Shown here one piece after another: positions 37,807 to 48,042 of a stretch of 64,000 nt of DNA (the stretch's first letter is position 1; every line of letters starts with the position of its first letter). Origin of the DNA: an uncultured Clostridia bacterium (GTDB lineage: Bacteria > Bacillota > Clostridia > Christensenellales > CAG-917); assembly GCA_934277615.1 (NCBI GenBank), contig CAKQUV010000001.1, positions 206,380 through 270,379 of the forward strand, in the 5' to 3' direction. The position numbers were made by a program, and so were the translations under genes. The notes beneath the pieces were generated by a model. That model searched no databases. It was not told where the DNA came from and saw only the letters and a list, made by a program, of their open reading frames with translations.

Positions 37807-40386
37807 ATGGCAAACATAAGAGACGATAAAAACAACGAATATGTCCAACATATAGCCAATTCGACCGTCAAAGACGTCGAAATCAACGGCGAGCTCAAAA
37901 AATCGTTCATCGCATATGCGATGGCGGTCAATGTATCCCGTGCAATCCCCGACGCAAGAGACGGTTTGAAGCCCGTTCACAGACGTATTTTGTACGCTAT
38001 GAGCGAGCTCGGACTCACTCCCGACAAGCCTTATCGTAAGTGCGCTATGGTCGTCGGTGAAGTGCTCGGTAAATACCATCCCCACGGCGACAGTTCCGTA
38101 TACGACGCAATGGTACGTCTTGCGCAAGACTTCTCCATTCGTTGCCCGCTCATCGACGGACACGGCAACTTCGGCTCAATCGACGGCGATCCTGCGGCTG
38201 CTTACCGTTATACGGAGGCAAGACTTTCCAAAATCGCGTTGGAAATGATCCGCGACATAGACAAAAAGACGGTTGATTTCTATCCCAACTTCGACGACAC
38301 GCGCGAACAACCGGTTGTATTGCCCTCCCGTTTCCCCAACTTGCTCGTAAACGGCTCAGACGGTATCGCGGTCGGTATGGCGACGTCCATTCCTCCGCAC
38401 AATCTCGGCGAGGTTATAGACGCGTCTGTCGCGCTCTTGAAAAACCCCGAGGCGACCGTTGAGGAACTTATGGAATATATCCCTGCTCCCGACTTCCCGA
38501 CAGGCGCGCTCATTTTGGGCAGACACGCAATCAAACAAGCGTACAAGACGGGTCGCGGCGGTTGCATTTTGCGCGCTAAGGCGGAAATCGAAGAGATGGC
38601 AAACGGCAAGAGTCGTATCGTCGTAACCGAGATTCCTTACCAAGTCAACAAAGCAAAACTTATCGAGAATATCGCAGACCAAGTCAAAGACAAACGCCTT
38701 GAAGGCATCAGCGACCTTCGCGAAGAAACGGACCGCCACGGTATGCGTATCGTTATCGAACTCAAAAAGGACGTCAACGCGCAAGTTTTGCTCAATCAAC
38801 TTTACAAACAAACGCAAATGCAAACCAATTTCAGCATGATTATGCTTGCGTTGGTTGACGGTGTGCCTCGCGTTCTCAATCTCAAAGAGATTTTGGAATG
38901 CTACATTGCGCACCAAAAAGACGTTATCGTACGCCGCACTCGTTTCGACCTCGAAAAAGCTCAAGAAAGACAACATATCTTGATGGGCTTGCATATCGCG
39001 CTTGAAAACATCGACGCTATCGTGGAATTGCTCAAAAAATCCCGCGACAGACAAGACGCTATGGCAAAACTTATGGAAAATTACGGCCTTAGCGACAAGC
39101 AGGCGGCGGCAATACTCGACATGCGTTTGCAACGCTTGACAGGACTCGAAGTCGAGAAAATCAATGCGGAACTTGAAGACCTTGACAAGCAAATCGCATA
39201 CTTTACAATGGTGCTCGGCAGCGACGAAGAGATTGTCAACATCATCATCAAGGAGCTTGGCGACATCAAGGCGCAATACAACACTCCCAGACTTTCCGAG
39301 CTCACTTACGATTACGGCGATATCGACATCGAGGACCTTATCGAAAGAGAGGACGTTGTCATTTCCATGACTCACGGCGGATATATCAAGCGTATGCCTG
39401 TTGCAGAGTATAAGGCTCAACACAGAGGCGGCATGGGTATCACCGCTCACAAAGCCAAAGACGAGGACTTTGTGGAGAGAATTTTCACGTCCAATACTCA
39501 CGAAAGACTTATGTTCTTCACCAATAAGGGCAAGGTATTCACCCTCAAGGCGTATGAAATTCCCGAGGCGACTCGCAACGCTCGCGGCAGAGCGGCTGTA
39601 AACCTCTTGCAACTCGAACAAGGCGAGAAGATTCAAACCATTCTTCAAATGCCGGAAGAGAGAGAAAACAAGTTCCTCATGCTCGCAACCAAGCAAGGTC
39701 TTATCAAAAAGACTCCGCTCGAGGAATACGATTCAATCAAACGTAACGGCAAGATCGCAATCAAGTTCAACGACGATGACGAACTTATCGGCGCAGCGAT
39801 TACAACCGGCAACGACGAAGTGCTTGTAGCCTCCAGCGCAGGTATGAGCATCCACTTCAACGAGAAAGACGTGCGCCCCGTCGGCAGAACGGCAATGGGC
39901 GTCAAGGCGATGAACATCGACGACGGCACGACGCTTGTGGCGTTCGACGTAGTGCGTGAAGGCGACGAAATCCTCACCGTTACGTCAACAGGTTACGGCA
40001 AGCGCAGCTCCATTGCGGACTACCCGATTCAAAACAGAGCGGGCAAGGGCGTCAAAGCAGGAGTGTTCAACGACAAGACGGGTACGCTCGTGTGCTTGAA
40101 GGTTATACCCGCGGATACCGACGTCATGATGATCACCGACAGCGGCGTTATCATCAGAGTGCAAGCGGATGAGATTAGCAAGATCGGCAGAGCAACGCAA
40201 GGCGTGCGTATCATGAAACTCAAAGACGACAAGTTCAAGGTTATGGCAATCGCGCTCACTCCTCACGAGGACGAAGAAGAAGGCGTCGAATACGACGAGG
40301 AAGGCAACCCGATTGTAGTAGCGACCGATGACAATCAAGCGGTCGAGGGTGAAGTGGAAGAAACCACTCAAAACGACCAAGAATAA
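37807..40386 (+). CDS. gyrA: DNA gyrase subunit A
   Basis: 859 aa. [19 protein letters not shown], catalytic region [12 protein letters not shown]-terminal beta-pinwheel repeats and an acidic tail. Confidence 0.97.
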   Translation: MANIRDDKNNEYVQHIANSTVKDVEINGELKKSFIAYAMAVNVSRAIPDARDGLKPVHRRILYAMSELGLTPDKPYRKCAMVVGEVLGKYHPHGDSSVYDAMVRLAQDFSIRCPLIDGHGNFGSIDGDPAAAYRYTEARLSKIALEMIRDIDKKTVDFYPNFDDTREQPVVLPSRFPNLLVNGSDGIAVGMATSIPPHNLGEVIDASVALLKNPEATVEELMEYIPAPDFPTGALILGRHAIKQAYKTGRGGCILRAKAEIEEMANGKSRIVVTEIPYQVNKAKLIENIADQVKDKRLEGISDLREETDRHGMRIVIELKKDVNAQVLLNQLYKQTQMQTNFSMIMLALVDGVPRVLNLKEILECYIAHQKDVIVRRTRFDLEKAQERQHILMGLHIALENIDAIVELLKKSRDRQDAMAKLMENYGLSDKQAAAILDMRLQRLTGLEVEKINAELEDLDKQIAYFTMVLGSDEEIVNIIIKELGDIKAQYNTPRLSELTYDYGDIDIEDLIEREDVVISMTHGGYIKRMPVAEYKAQHRGGMGITAHKAKDEDFVERIFTSNTHERLMFFTNKGKVFTLKAYEIPEATRNARGRAAVNLLQLEQGEKIQTILQMPEERENKFLMLATKQGLIKKTPLEEYDSIKRNGKIAIKFNDDDELIGAAITTGNDEVLVASSAGMSIHFNEKDVRPVGRTAMGVKAMNIDDGTTLVAFDVVREGDEILTVTSTGYGKRSSIADYPIQNRAGKGVKAGVFNDKTGTLVCLKVIPADTDVMMITDSGVIIRVQADEISKIGRATQGVRIMKLKDDKFKVMAIALTPHEDEEEGVEYDEEGNPIVVATDDNQAVEGEVEETTQNDQE

Positions 40387-40401
40387 TGTTTATCATTGCA
40401 A

Positions 40402-40427
40402 AAACGAGGCATAAACCCTCGTTTTTT
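40402..40427 (+). terminator. intrinsic terminator after gyrA
   Basis: acgagg-cataaac-cctcgt followed by T6. Confidence 0.7.
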
Positions 40428-40444
40428 GCAATATGGAGGAAATT

Positions 40445-42139
40445 ATGGAAGAAAGAAAATGGTTCAAAGAGATGTCCGTTTATCAGATTTGGCCTCGTTC
40501 GTTTTGCGACGGAAACGGCGACGGAATAGGCGACCTCAAAGGCGTTTTGAGCAAGCTCGAATACATAAAGAGCCTTGGCAGCGACGCCATTTGGTTCTCG
40601 CCGCTTTACGCCTCGCCGCAAGCGGACTATGGTTACGACATAGCGGACTATTACAACATCAATCCCGAATACGGCACTCTCGACGACTTCAAAGCCGTGC
40701 TTGAAAAAGCGCACGCTCTCGGTATGCGCGTCGTTATGGACCTGGTTATCAACCACACGTCCGACCAACACGATTGGTTCAAAAAGAGTTGCGCGCGCAT
40801 AGAGCCTTACACAGATTTTTATATCTGGCGCAAAGGCAAGGGCAAAGACGGCAAAAAAGTTCCCAACAACTGGATGTCCACTTTCCCCGGCAGCGCATGG
40901 GAATACAACGAGCAAAGAGGCGAGTTTTATCTCCACCTCTACGCCAAAGAGCAGCCCGACCTCAATCATGACAATCCCAAGGTGAGAGAGGCGGTCAAGG
41001 ACGTTATGCGTTATTGGCTGGATATGGGCGTCGACGGATTCCGCGAGGACGTCATTACGCAAATCAGCAAGGTCGAAGGTTTGCCCAACGGCAATTGGCT
41101 TATGCCTGCTTCGAGGGGTATGGAGCATTACAACAACGGCCCTCATATTCACGAGTATTTGCAAGAATACCGCGAGGTTTTGAAAGATTACGATGCGTTC
41201 CAAGTGGGAGAAGCACCGCTTATGAACGTCAAGACCGCGCTTACCTACGTCAACGAGAACAAGAAAGAGCTCGATATGATGATATCCTTCCAACATATGC
41301 AAGCGGATTGTATTATTATCGAGTGGGTGCGTACGCCGTTTAATTTGCCCAAACTCAAAAAAACCTTCAACGAGTGGCAAACCAAACTTTACCATAGAGC
41401 GTGGAACGCCAACTACCTCGAAAACCACGACCACGCGCGTATTATTTCAAGATACGGTAACGAGAATTTCAGAGTGGAAAGCGGCAAAGCGCTCGCAATG
41501 GCTTACACTTTCCTCAGCGGCACGCATTTTGTCTATCAAGGACAAGAAATCGGTATGACCGCACTCTATTTTGACAAATACCCCAAAGGCACGGATCCGT
41601 GGGCGCAATTCAAGGACGTTTCCACCTTCTGCGTGCGCGATTTGATGCGCAAGTTCGGTTTCAGCGACAAACATATCCTCAAAGTCGCACACACCGCCGC
41701 TCGCGACTGCGCTCGCACACCCGTACAATGGAACGGTCAGAAATACGCGGGTTTCTCCACTGTCGAGCCGTGGTATACCGTCAATCCCAACTATCCCCAA
41801 GTCAACGTGGAAAACGCCTTGCAAGACGAAAACTCTATCTGGTATTTCTATCAACGCGCAATGGCGCTCCGCAAAGAGTACAAGGATACCGCGATTTACG
41901 GACAGTTCAAACTCTACTTGCCTCACGACAAGCAACTTTTCGTCTACGACAAGATAGCCGAGGACGGCAAGTCCAAGCTCACCATCGTCATCAATCTGTC
42001 CGCCAAACCCGTCCGCGCTTCTAGGGTAACCAAGTATATTCCGACCGACGCAACGGAGTTGTTGTCCGTCTACGACGATAAGTGGGATAAGGAGTTGCGT
42101 CCTTATTCGGGCAAACTCTTTTACACACAACTTCACTAA
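40445..42139 (+). CDS. GH13 alpha-glucosidase (oligo-1,6-glucosidase / trehalose-6-phosphate hydrolase-like)
   Basis: WFKEMSVYQIWPRSF, VMDLVINHTSDQHDWF, GVDGFREDVI, YLENHDHAR. Start at ATG 40445, 5 nt after GGAGGA (alternative 40433). Confidence 0.9.
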   Translation: MEERKWFKEMSVYQIWPRSFCDGNGDGIGDLKGVLSKLEYIKSLGSDAIWFSPLYASPQADYGYDIADYYNINPEYGTLDDFKAVLEKAHALGMRVVMDLVINHTSDQHDWFKKSCARIEPYTDFYIWRKGKGKDGKKVPNNWMSTFPGSAWEYNEQRGEFYLHLYAKEQPDLNHDNPKVREAVKDVMRYWLDMGVDGFREDVITQISKVEGLPNGNWLMPASRGMEHYNNGPHIHEYLQEYREVLKDYDAFQVGEAPLMNVKTALTYVNENKKELDMMISFQHMQADCIIIEWVRTPFNLPKLKKTFNEWQTKLYHRAWNANYLENHDHARIISRYGNENFRVESGKALAMAYTFLSGTHFVYQGQEIGMTALYFDKYPKGTDPWAQFKDVSTFCVRDLMRKFGFSDKHILKVAHTAARDCARTPVQWNGQKYAGFSTVEPWYTVNPNYPQVNVENALQDENSIWYFYQRAMALRKEYKDTAIYGQFKLYLPHDKQLFVYDKIAEDGKSKLTIVINLSAKPVRASRVTKYIPTDATELLSVYDDKWDKELRPYSGKLFYTQLH

Positions 42140-42245
42140 ATAGCGAATAACTGCGGCAGAGCCGTTCGCTGGTCAACTCATTTACGATTAGTAAATTAGG
42201 GTTGCCCCTCGGACGGCTCTTTCTTGTTCTTCATCTATTTATCGC
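42136..42245 (+). repeat. family-A element, copy A2
   Basis: ctaaatagcgaataactg + stem agagccgt (42158-42165) + core caactcatttacgattagtaaattagggttg (42174-42204) + stem acggctct (42213-42220) + ttcttgttcttcatctatttatcgc. Its first TAA (42137-42139) is the stop codon of the glucosidase gene. Confidence 0.8.
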
Positions 42246-42279
42246 AGTTTGGCAAGCTTTTGTTTAAGCGGAATATTCC

Positions 42280-42357
42280 ACAACTTGCGCCTTCGGCTTG
42301 ATTGCCACGTCACGTCGTTTCTCGCAATGACTATATGGTGGGACACCCACACCCGAA
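42280..42357 (-). repeat. partial inverted family-B copy (B2')
   Basis: The reverse complement reads ttcgggtgtgggtgtcccaccatatagtcattgcgagaaacgacgtgacgtggcaatcaagccgaaggcgcaag, which parallels the 5' part of B3. Arranged head to head with B2. Confidence 0.6.
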
Positions 42358-42373
42358 TTATATTTTTCCTTAT

Positions 42374-42587
42374 GTCATTCCGAGGAGCAACGAATGTTGC
42401 GATGTGGGAATCTAGGCGTTAGCCGCACACACCAAGCAAGCGATATAGCGGAACTGTGGTATGAGTTTTATCCTTGCAAGACTGATAGCGTGTATCGGTT
42501 GCGCGGTAGTAAAGCAAAAATCTAACGTGGCACTTGGCAATACACACAAGTGTGTGTTGCCATTGCCACAGTGACGATTTTTGCTTG
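42374..42587 (+). repeat. family-B element, copy B2 (core plus long hairpin)
   Basis: Core gtcattccgaggagcaacgaatgttgcgatgtgggaatctaggcgttagccgcacacaccaagcaagcgatatagcggaactgtgg...ctgatagcgtgtatcggttgcgcggtag (42374-42509). Then agcaaaaatc...gtggca..tacacac-aag-tgtgtgt..tgccac...gatttttgct. Confidence 0.8.
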
Positions 42588-42613
42588 CTCTTTTCCCCAT
42601 TCTCTATTATAAT
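42585..42613 (+). promoter_or_regulatory. candidate promoter for the flavoprotein gene, overlapping the B2 3' end
   Basis: TTGCTC (42585-42590), 17-nt spacer, TATAAT (42608-42613), 28 nt upstream of ATG 42642 (GAGGTG RBS). Confidence 0.45.
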
Positions 42614-42641
42614 TTCCTATACAAAAACTATGAGGTGAATT

Positions 42642-43787
42642 ATGTATATAACTGACGATATATTTTACGTGGGAGTCAACGACCACGATATAGACTTGTT
42701 CGAGGGACAATACGTCGTCAAAAACGGCATGTCCTACAATTCCTACGTCGTCAAAGACGAACAAATTGCGGTTTTCGACACAGTTGACGCACATTTTTCA
42801 AAGCAATGGTTTGCAAATCTCAAGGAAATTTTGAACGGCGCAGTACCGACTTATCTCGTCGTGCAACACATGGAGCCTGACCATTCGGCAAACGTCGCGC
42901 TGTTTATGTCGGCGTATCCCGAAGCCAAAATCGTAGCGTCGTCCAAGGCTTTTGCGATGATGAAAAACTATTTCGGCACGGACTTTGCGGACAGGCAAGT
43001 AGTGGTAGGGGACGGCTCCACGCTTTGCACGGGCAAACACACTTTCTCTTTTGTAACAGCGCCGCTTGTCCATTGGCCGGAAGTTATCATGACGTACGAT
43101 AGTTTCAGCGGAATGCTCTTTTCTGCAGACGCATTCGGAAAGTTCGGCGCTCTCGACGTCGAAGAGGACTGGACCGACGAAGCAAGACGTTACTATATCG
43201 GCATTGTCGGCAAATTCGGAGCGCAAGTGCAAAATCTATTTAAGAAAGTCGCAGGGCTCGACATCAAGAAAATTTGCCCTTTGCACGGACCCGTGCTTTG
43301 CGACAATCTCGCATATTATATCGGACTTTACGACAAATGGTCCAAGTACGATGCGGAAGAGGACGGCGTAGTCATCGCATACACATCCGTTTACGGACAT
43401 ACTAAAGCCGCCGTCCAAATCCTCGCCGATTTATTGCGCGCCAAGGGCAGCAAAGCGGTTGTTTACGACCTCGCAAGATGCGATATGTCCGAGGCGGTCG
43501 CCGATGCTTTCAGATACAGCAAAATCGTGCTTGCCACGACGACGTACAACGGCGGAATTTTCCCCTTTATGCGTGAATTTATATCCACGCTCGTCGAGCA
43601 CAATTTCCAAAACAGAACGGTTGCATTTATAGACAACGGCACGTGGGCGCCGTTCGCAACCAAGGTTATGAAAGGTATGTTGGAGGGCTGCAAGAACCTC
43701 GATATTTTGGAGCAAGGCGTAAAGATACTTTCCGCAGTCAATGAAACGAATATCCGAGAAATCAACGCTCTTGCGCAAGCGCTATAA
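42642..43787 (+). CDS. FprA-type flavodiiron protein (metallo-beta-lactamase fold plus flavodoxin domain)
   Basis: 381 aa. Di-iron motif HMEPDHS and a C-terminal flavodoxin-like domain (VVIAYTSVYGHTK...). Confidence 0.85.
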   Translation: MYITDDIFYVGVNDHDIDLFEGQYVVKNGMSYNSYVVKDEQIAVFDTVDAHFSKQWFANLKEILNGAVPTYLVVQHMEPDHSANVALFMSAYPEAKIVASSKAFAMMKNYFGTDFADRQVVVGDGSTLCTGKHTFSFVTAPLVHWPEVIMTYDSFSGMLFSADAFGKFGALDVEEDWTDEARRYYIGIVGKFGAQVQNLFKKVAGLDIKKICPLHGPVLCDNLAYYIGLYDKWSKYDAEEDGVVIAYTSVYGHTKAAVQILADLLRAKGSKAVVYDLARCDMSEAVADAFRYSKIVLATTTYNGGIFPFMREFISTLVEHNFQNRTVAFIDNGTWAPFATKVMKGMLEGCKNLDILEQGVKILSAVNETNIREINALAQAL

Positions 43788-43789
43788 CA

Positions 43790-43820
43790 AAAAACCATTT
43801 CAAAATGATATGGTTTTTAT
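43790..43820 (+). terminator. intrinsic terminator after the flavoprotein gene
   Basis: aaaaaccat...atggttttt hairpin plus T run. Confidence 0.55.
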
Positions 43821-43834
43821 CAAAAAAACACACA

Positions 43835-43862
43835 AAAACCGAGCAAATTGTGCTCGGTTTTT
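43835..43862 (-). terminator. intrinsic terminator after uppP
   Basis: Minus strand: aaaaaccgagca-caatt-tgctcggttttt followed by gtgtgttttttt. Confidence 0.65.
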
Positions 43863-43865
43863 ACG

Positions 43866-44636
43866 TTACATTTTCACCCAAAACGGGAGTATCGAAACCA
43901 CTAGTCCAAGCAATAACGTGTAGATTATAAACACCGTCATCGAGTGTTTTTCTATGAGTTTAAGAAAGAATTTGATTGACAAAAGTCCGGATACAAACGC
44001 CGCCAAAACGCCTACGATTAGAGCGGCAGGGGATATGTCGAGAGTTACTTTTCCCGTGATTAGGTCTATGCTTTCGTATAGCGCAGAGCCTATAATTATG
44101 GGTATGGAAAGCAGAAAAGAGAAGGTCGTCGCGTCCTCTTTTTGAACACCTTGAAAGCGCATTGCGGATATAGTAGCGCCGCTCCTCGATACGCCGGGCA
44201 AAACAGCGATACCTTGCAAAACTCCGGTTAATATACTCGTTTTGACATTTACAAGTGCCGTTTTGTGCAATTTAAAGTTTTCACCAACGTATAACAAACA
44301 CGCCGTCAATACAAATCCGCACCCCAACAATTTGCCGTCAATAAGCGACGGCGCAAGCAGTTTAAAGACAAAAGCAAGCGCAACCGTCGGCACGCACGCA
44401 AGTATCAAATATCCGTTGGTTTTATTGATAGGGTGGCGAAGCAGCAGCAACCATTTTTTGCGCATTGCGATAAGCACTGCCGCAAGCGTTCCCACGTGCA
44501 GCATAATGTTGAAAAACAAGTTCTCTTGTCCAACGCCCAGTTTTTCCAAAAGCAGCAGATGTCCCGACGACGATATAGGCAAAAACTCGCTTGCCCCTTG
44601 CACAAGCCCCAAAACCAACGCTTCCCAAATTTTCAT
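43866..44636 (-). CDS. uppP: undecaprenyl-diphosphate phosphatase
   Basis: 256 aa. ISSSGHLLL and PGVSRSG motifs with 8 helices. Confidence 0.92.
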   Translation of the reverse strand: MKIWEALVLGLVQGASEFLPISSSGHLLLLEKLGVGQENLFFNIMLHVGTLAAVLIAMRKKWLLLLRHPINKTNGYLILACVPTVALAFVFKLLAPSLIDGKLLGCGFVLTACLLYVGENFKLHKTALVNVKTSILTGVLQGIAVLPGVSRSGATISAMRFQGVQKEDATTFSFLLSIPIIIGSALYESIDLITGKVTLDISPAALIVGVLAAFVSGLLSIKFFLKLIEKHSMTVFIIYTLLLGLVVSILPFWVKM

Positions 44637-44723
44637 TTTCTCTTTACACTCTCTCCGATTTCGTTTATACTAAACTATTGTATTAAGATATATCGCACGT
44701 AAGAACGTGCAGCAGGAGAAAAA

Positions 44724-45806
44724 ATGAAACTCGGTGTCGTAGGTTTGCCTAACGTAGGCAAGAGCACTTTGTTCAACGCAATCACCAAAGCGGGCGCGCA
44801 AGCAGCCAATTACCCGTTTTGCACCATAGAGCCCAACGTAGGCGTAGTCGCAGTTCCTGACGAGCGACTTGAAAAACTTGCCGCTCTTTACGACAGTAAA
44901 AAAATCACTCCCACTTCGCTTGAATTTGTGGATATCGCAGGTCTTGTCAAAGGCGCAAGCAAAGGCGAGGGCTTGGGCAACAAATTTTTGTCGCACATAA
45001 GGGAAGTTGATGCGATCGTGCATGTCGTAAGATGCTTTGACGACGCCAACATCACCCACGTTGACGGCAGCGTAAATCCTACAAGAGATATCGAAACAAT
45101 CAATTACGAACTTATCTTTGCGGATATGGAAACGCTTGAGCGCCGCATGGCAAACGCCCTTACCAAAGTCAAAGCAGACAAAAAATATCAAGAGGACGTT
45201 GACCGCATCGCCACCATGCAAAAATGGCTCGAAAGCGGAAAACCGCTCCGCAATCTCGATATGGACGAAGACTTCAAGCAGTTTGTGGACGAACAGTTCT
45301 TGCTCACGTCCAAGCCCGTCATTTACGTCGCCAACACCGACGAGGCAGGCATTGGCGGCAACAAATACACCGAGGAAGTCGAACGCATCGCAAAGGAAGA
45401 GAATACGGAGGCAATCGTGCTTTGCGCCAAACTCGAGGAGGATTTGAGCGAGCTTTCCGACGACGACCGCGCCATGTTTATGGAAGATTACGGTCTTAAA
45501 GAGAGCGGACTTGACCGCCTTGTCAAAGCGTCCTACAAACTATTGGGGCTTATCTCCTACCTCACTGCAGGCGAGAAAGAAACCCGTGCCTGGACGATTG
45601 TCAAAGGCACCAAAGCTCCCCAAGCCGCAGGCAAAATCCACAGCGATTTCGAGCGTGGCTTTATCCGAGCCGAGATAGTGGATTATGCAACTTTGCTCGA
45701 ATGCGGTTCTTTCAACGCCGCCAAAGAGCGCGGTAAAGTCCGCAGTGAAGGAAAGGACTATGTTATGCAGGACAACGATGTCGTCCTATTCCGGATTAAT
45801 GTATGA
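44724..45806 (+). CDS. ychF: ribosome-binding ATPase YchF
   Basis: 360 aa. [26 protein letters not shown]-terminal TGS-like domain. Confidence 0.95.
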   Translation: MKLGVVGLPNVGKSTLFNAITKAGAQAANYPFCTIEPNVGVVAVPDERLEKLAALYDSKKITPTSLEFVDIAGLVKGASKGEGLGNKFLSHIREVDAIVHVVRCFDDANITHVDGSVNPTRDIETINYELIFADMETLERRMANALTKVKADKKYQEDVDRIATMQKWLESGKPLRNLDMDEDFKQFVDEQFLLTSKPVIYVANTDEAGIGGNKYTEEVERIAKEENTEAIVLCAKLEEDLSELSDDDRAMFMEDYGLKESGLDRLVKASYKLLGLISYLTAGEKETRAWTIVKGTKAPQAAGKIHSDFERGFIRAEIVDYATLLECGSFNAAKERGKVRSEGKDYVMQDNDVVLFRINV

Positions 45807-46060
45807 TCGGAGACGGAACTTCGAGCCGCAAGGCGGCGAGCCTGTCGAGCGTCGAGGTAGACGGAATGTACAAGCGACTGCGCCGTGTTGTTGCGTAGCG
45901 GGCGCACAAAGCGCGTGGCATAATGAGTGTACGATACTTATCTATCCGAAGACCGAGTGTTGCCCCCCTGCGGAGCAGTTCCGTGGGTTCCCTCAAGCAG
46001 AGCGCAGAGGGGGAACGGAATAGGGGAAACACATGAGGAAGGGGGGGAAGGTGCATTTAA
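45806..46060 (+). repeat. family-C structured intergenic element, copy C1
   Basis: Starts at the last base of the ychF stop codon. Shares with C2/C3 the order cggag - hairpin gccgc-aag-gcggc (45825-45837) - gtacaag - hairpin tgcgcc-gtgttgtt...-ggcgca (45879-45906) - gcataat. Shares with C3 the block gtgggttccctcaagcagagcgcagagggggaacggaataggggaaacac (45983-46032). Confidence 0.7.
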
Positions 46061-46174
46061 AGAGTTACGACTACACTCTATTAGAACTGTAATCTCACGA
46101 AAAATTTGAGCGTGGCGGTCTAAAAAACTGTGCGCTTTTACTGAAATAATTAAAACAACTCATTTGGAGTAACT

Positions 46175-47857
46175 ATGTTTGAAAAAGAATTAGCAAAGGC
46201 GCTTGCCGTGGAAGGACTTTCCGAGCAAGACGTCGAAAATGCTCTCGAAACACCCAAAGACACTACGCTCGGCGACGTATGTTTGCCGTGCTTCAAGTTT
46301 GCTCGCGCAATGAGGCTTGCGCCGCCCATGATTGCCAACAAACTTTTGCCATACGTTCAATCTCTCGATTTCGTGCAAAAAGTCGAGGTTGTAGGCGGAT
46401 ATCTCAACGTGTTTTTTGACAGAAACACCGTTGCGAAGATGGCTCTTGCAAGCGCAAAGGACGAAAACGTCGGCGCAAGCAACGAGGGCGCAGGCAAGAC
46501 GATTTGCATTGACTATAGTTCCGTAAACATCGCAAAGCCTTTCCACATCGGGCACCTTTCCACAACCGTTATCGGCGGCGCGCTCTATCGTATATTCGAA
46601 CATTTGGGATACAAAGTCGTGGGTATCAACCACCTTGGCGACTGGGGCACGCAATTTGGAAAACTTATTGTCGCAACGCAAAAATGGTCCTCACTCGAGG
46701 ATGTCGCAAACAACGACGAATACTACCTCAACAGGCTTTATGTCCGCTATCACAAAGAGGCTGAGGAGCACCCCGAAATGGACGACGAGGCGCGCGCTTG
46801 GTTCAAGCGTATCGAGGACGGCGACAAAGAGGCGATTGCCTATTTTGACGTGTTCAAAGCGGTAACCATGAAAGCCGTCGGACGCATTTACGACCGCCTC
46901 AAAATCAAGTTTGACAGTTACGCAGGCGAGAGTTTTTACAATGATAAAATGGAAGCTTGCCTCGACATATTGAGAGAGAAGAATTTGCTTGTCGAAAGCG
47001 ACGGCGCACAAGTTGTCAACCTCGACGAATACGGCATGCCTCCGTGCCTTCTCGTAAAGGCGGACGGCGCGACTTTGTATGCAACTCGCGACATCGCCGC
47101 AGCGTATTATCGCAAGAAAACATACGACTTCTACAAATGCCTCTATGTTGTTGCATATCAGCAGAATCTGCACTTTAAACAACTGTTTCAAGTGCTTAAA
47201 CTTATGGATTTTGCAGGTGCGGACGATATGGAACACATTGCGTTCGGCATGGTTTCCATGGAAGACGGATCGATGTCCACAAGAAACGGCAGGGTGATTT
47301 GGCTTCAGGAAGTGCTTGACAAAGCCGTTGATAAGGCAAGAAAAATCATTGAGGAAAAGAACCCCGACACCAAAGACAAAGACGCAATCGCAGAGAGCGT
47401 CGGCGTGGGCGCAGTGGTATTTTCCGCGCTTTGGAACAACCGCATAAAAGACATCGTTTTCTCATACGACAAGGTGCTTAATTTTGACGGTGAAACCGCA
47501 CCTTACGTTCAATACACTTACGCTCGTTGCGCAAGCGCATTGAGAAAGGGCGGCGACATAGATTTTGACAACGTCGATCTTTCTTCAATCACCACCGACG
47601 AGGGCTACGAGGTCATCAAGAGTGTTCTCACTTTCGGCGATTCCGTACGTCTTGCCGCCAAACTCCGCGAGCCATGCTACGTTACGCGCCACGTTGTCGA
47701 CCTTGCCGAAAAATTCAATCGTTTCTACATCGATCATCGCATTCTTGTTGACGATGTACCAACGCGCAACGCCCGTCTTGCACTCACCCAAGCGGTGGCA
47801 AACGTAATTCATTGCGGATTGAGGCTTCTTGGCATCGACACCCCCAACGAAATGTGA
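46175..47857 (+). CDS. argS: arginine--tRNA ligase
   Basis: 560 aa. HIGH-type motif PFHIGHLS, KMSKS-like MSTRNG, and a C-terminal DALR anticodon-binding domain. Confidence 0.95.
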   Translation: MFEKELAKALAVEGLSEQDVENALETPKDTTLGDVCLPCFKFARAMRLAPPMIANKLLPYVQSLDFVQKVEVVGGYLNVFFDRNTVAKMALASAKDENVGASNEGAGKTICIDYSSVNIAKPFHIGHLSTTVIGGALYRIFEHLGYKVVGINHLGDWGTQFGKLIVATQKWSSLEDVANNDEYYLNRLYVRYHKEAEEHPEMDDEARAWFKRIEDGDKEAIAYFDVFKAVTMKAVGRIYDRLKIKFDSYAGESFYNDKMEACLDILREKNLLVESDGAQVVNLDEYGMPPCLLVKADGATLYATRDIAAAYYRKKTYDFYKCLYVVAYQQNLHFKQLFQVLKLMDFAGADDMEHIAFGMVSMEDGSMSTRNGRVIWLQEVLDKAVDKARKIIEEKNPDTKDKDAIAESVGVGAVVFSALWNNRIKDIVFSYDKVLNFDGETAPYVQYTYARCASALRKGGDIDFDNVDLSSITTDEGYEVIKSVLTFGDSVRLAAKLREPCYVTRHVVDLAEKFNRFYIDHRILVDDVPTRNARLALTQAVANVIHCGLRLLGIDTPNEM

Positions 47858-47860
47858 GCG

Positions 47861-47985
47861 CGCCAAACGGCGAATAGCTTTGTCAAAGCCCCTTGAACAG
47901 CAACCCTAACGTACTAATGCGTACGTGAGTTGATGAACAAGGGGCTTTTGACGCGATTGACTCCGTAACAATCGCTATTAAACGC
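47861..47985 (-). repeat. family-A element, copy A3 (whole unit inverted)
   Basis: Stem aaagccccttg (47886-47896) / caaggggcttt (47938-47948) around caaccctaacgtactaatgcgtacgtgagttg, which is the reverse complement of the A core. The flanks ccaaacgg... and ...caatcgctattaa align to the reverse complement of the A1 flanks. Starts 4 nt after the argS stop. Confidence 0.75.
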
Positions 47986-48042
47986 GCTCTTCATCCGTTT
48001 GGACGGCTCTTTTTATAAAGTGCAGTCGTAAAACCTTAATGC

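Noticed and set aside
45806-46174. C1 as a T-box leader for argS, since it lies directly upstream of an aminoacyl-tRNA synthetase gene.
   Set aside because: No T-box consensus (AANNNGGGUGGNACCGCG) is present, and no specifier-loop or terminator-antiterminator arrangement is visible. The paralogues C2 and C3 are not upstream of synthetase genes.
47886-47948. The A3 core appears inverted relative to seemingly same-orientation flanks, which suggested an invertible hairpin loop (a DNA switch).
   Set aside because: When the whole A1 unit is reverse-complemented, the A3 flanks also align (caccaaacag ~ cgccaaacgg; gtcgctatttag ~ aatcgctattaa). The apparent same-orientation flank similarity comes from the palindromic nature of the element, so A3 is simply a complete inverted copy.
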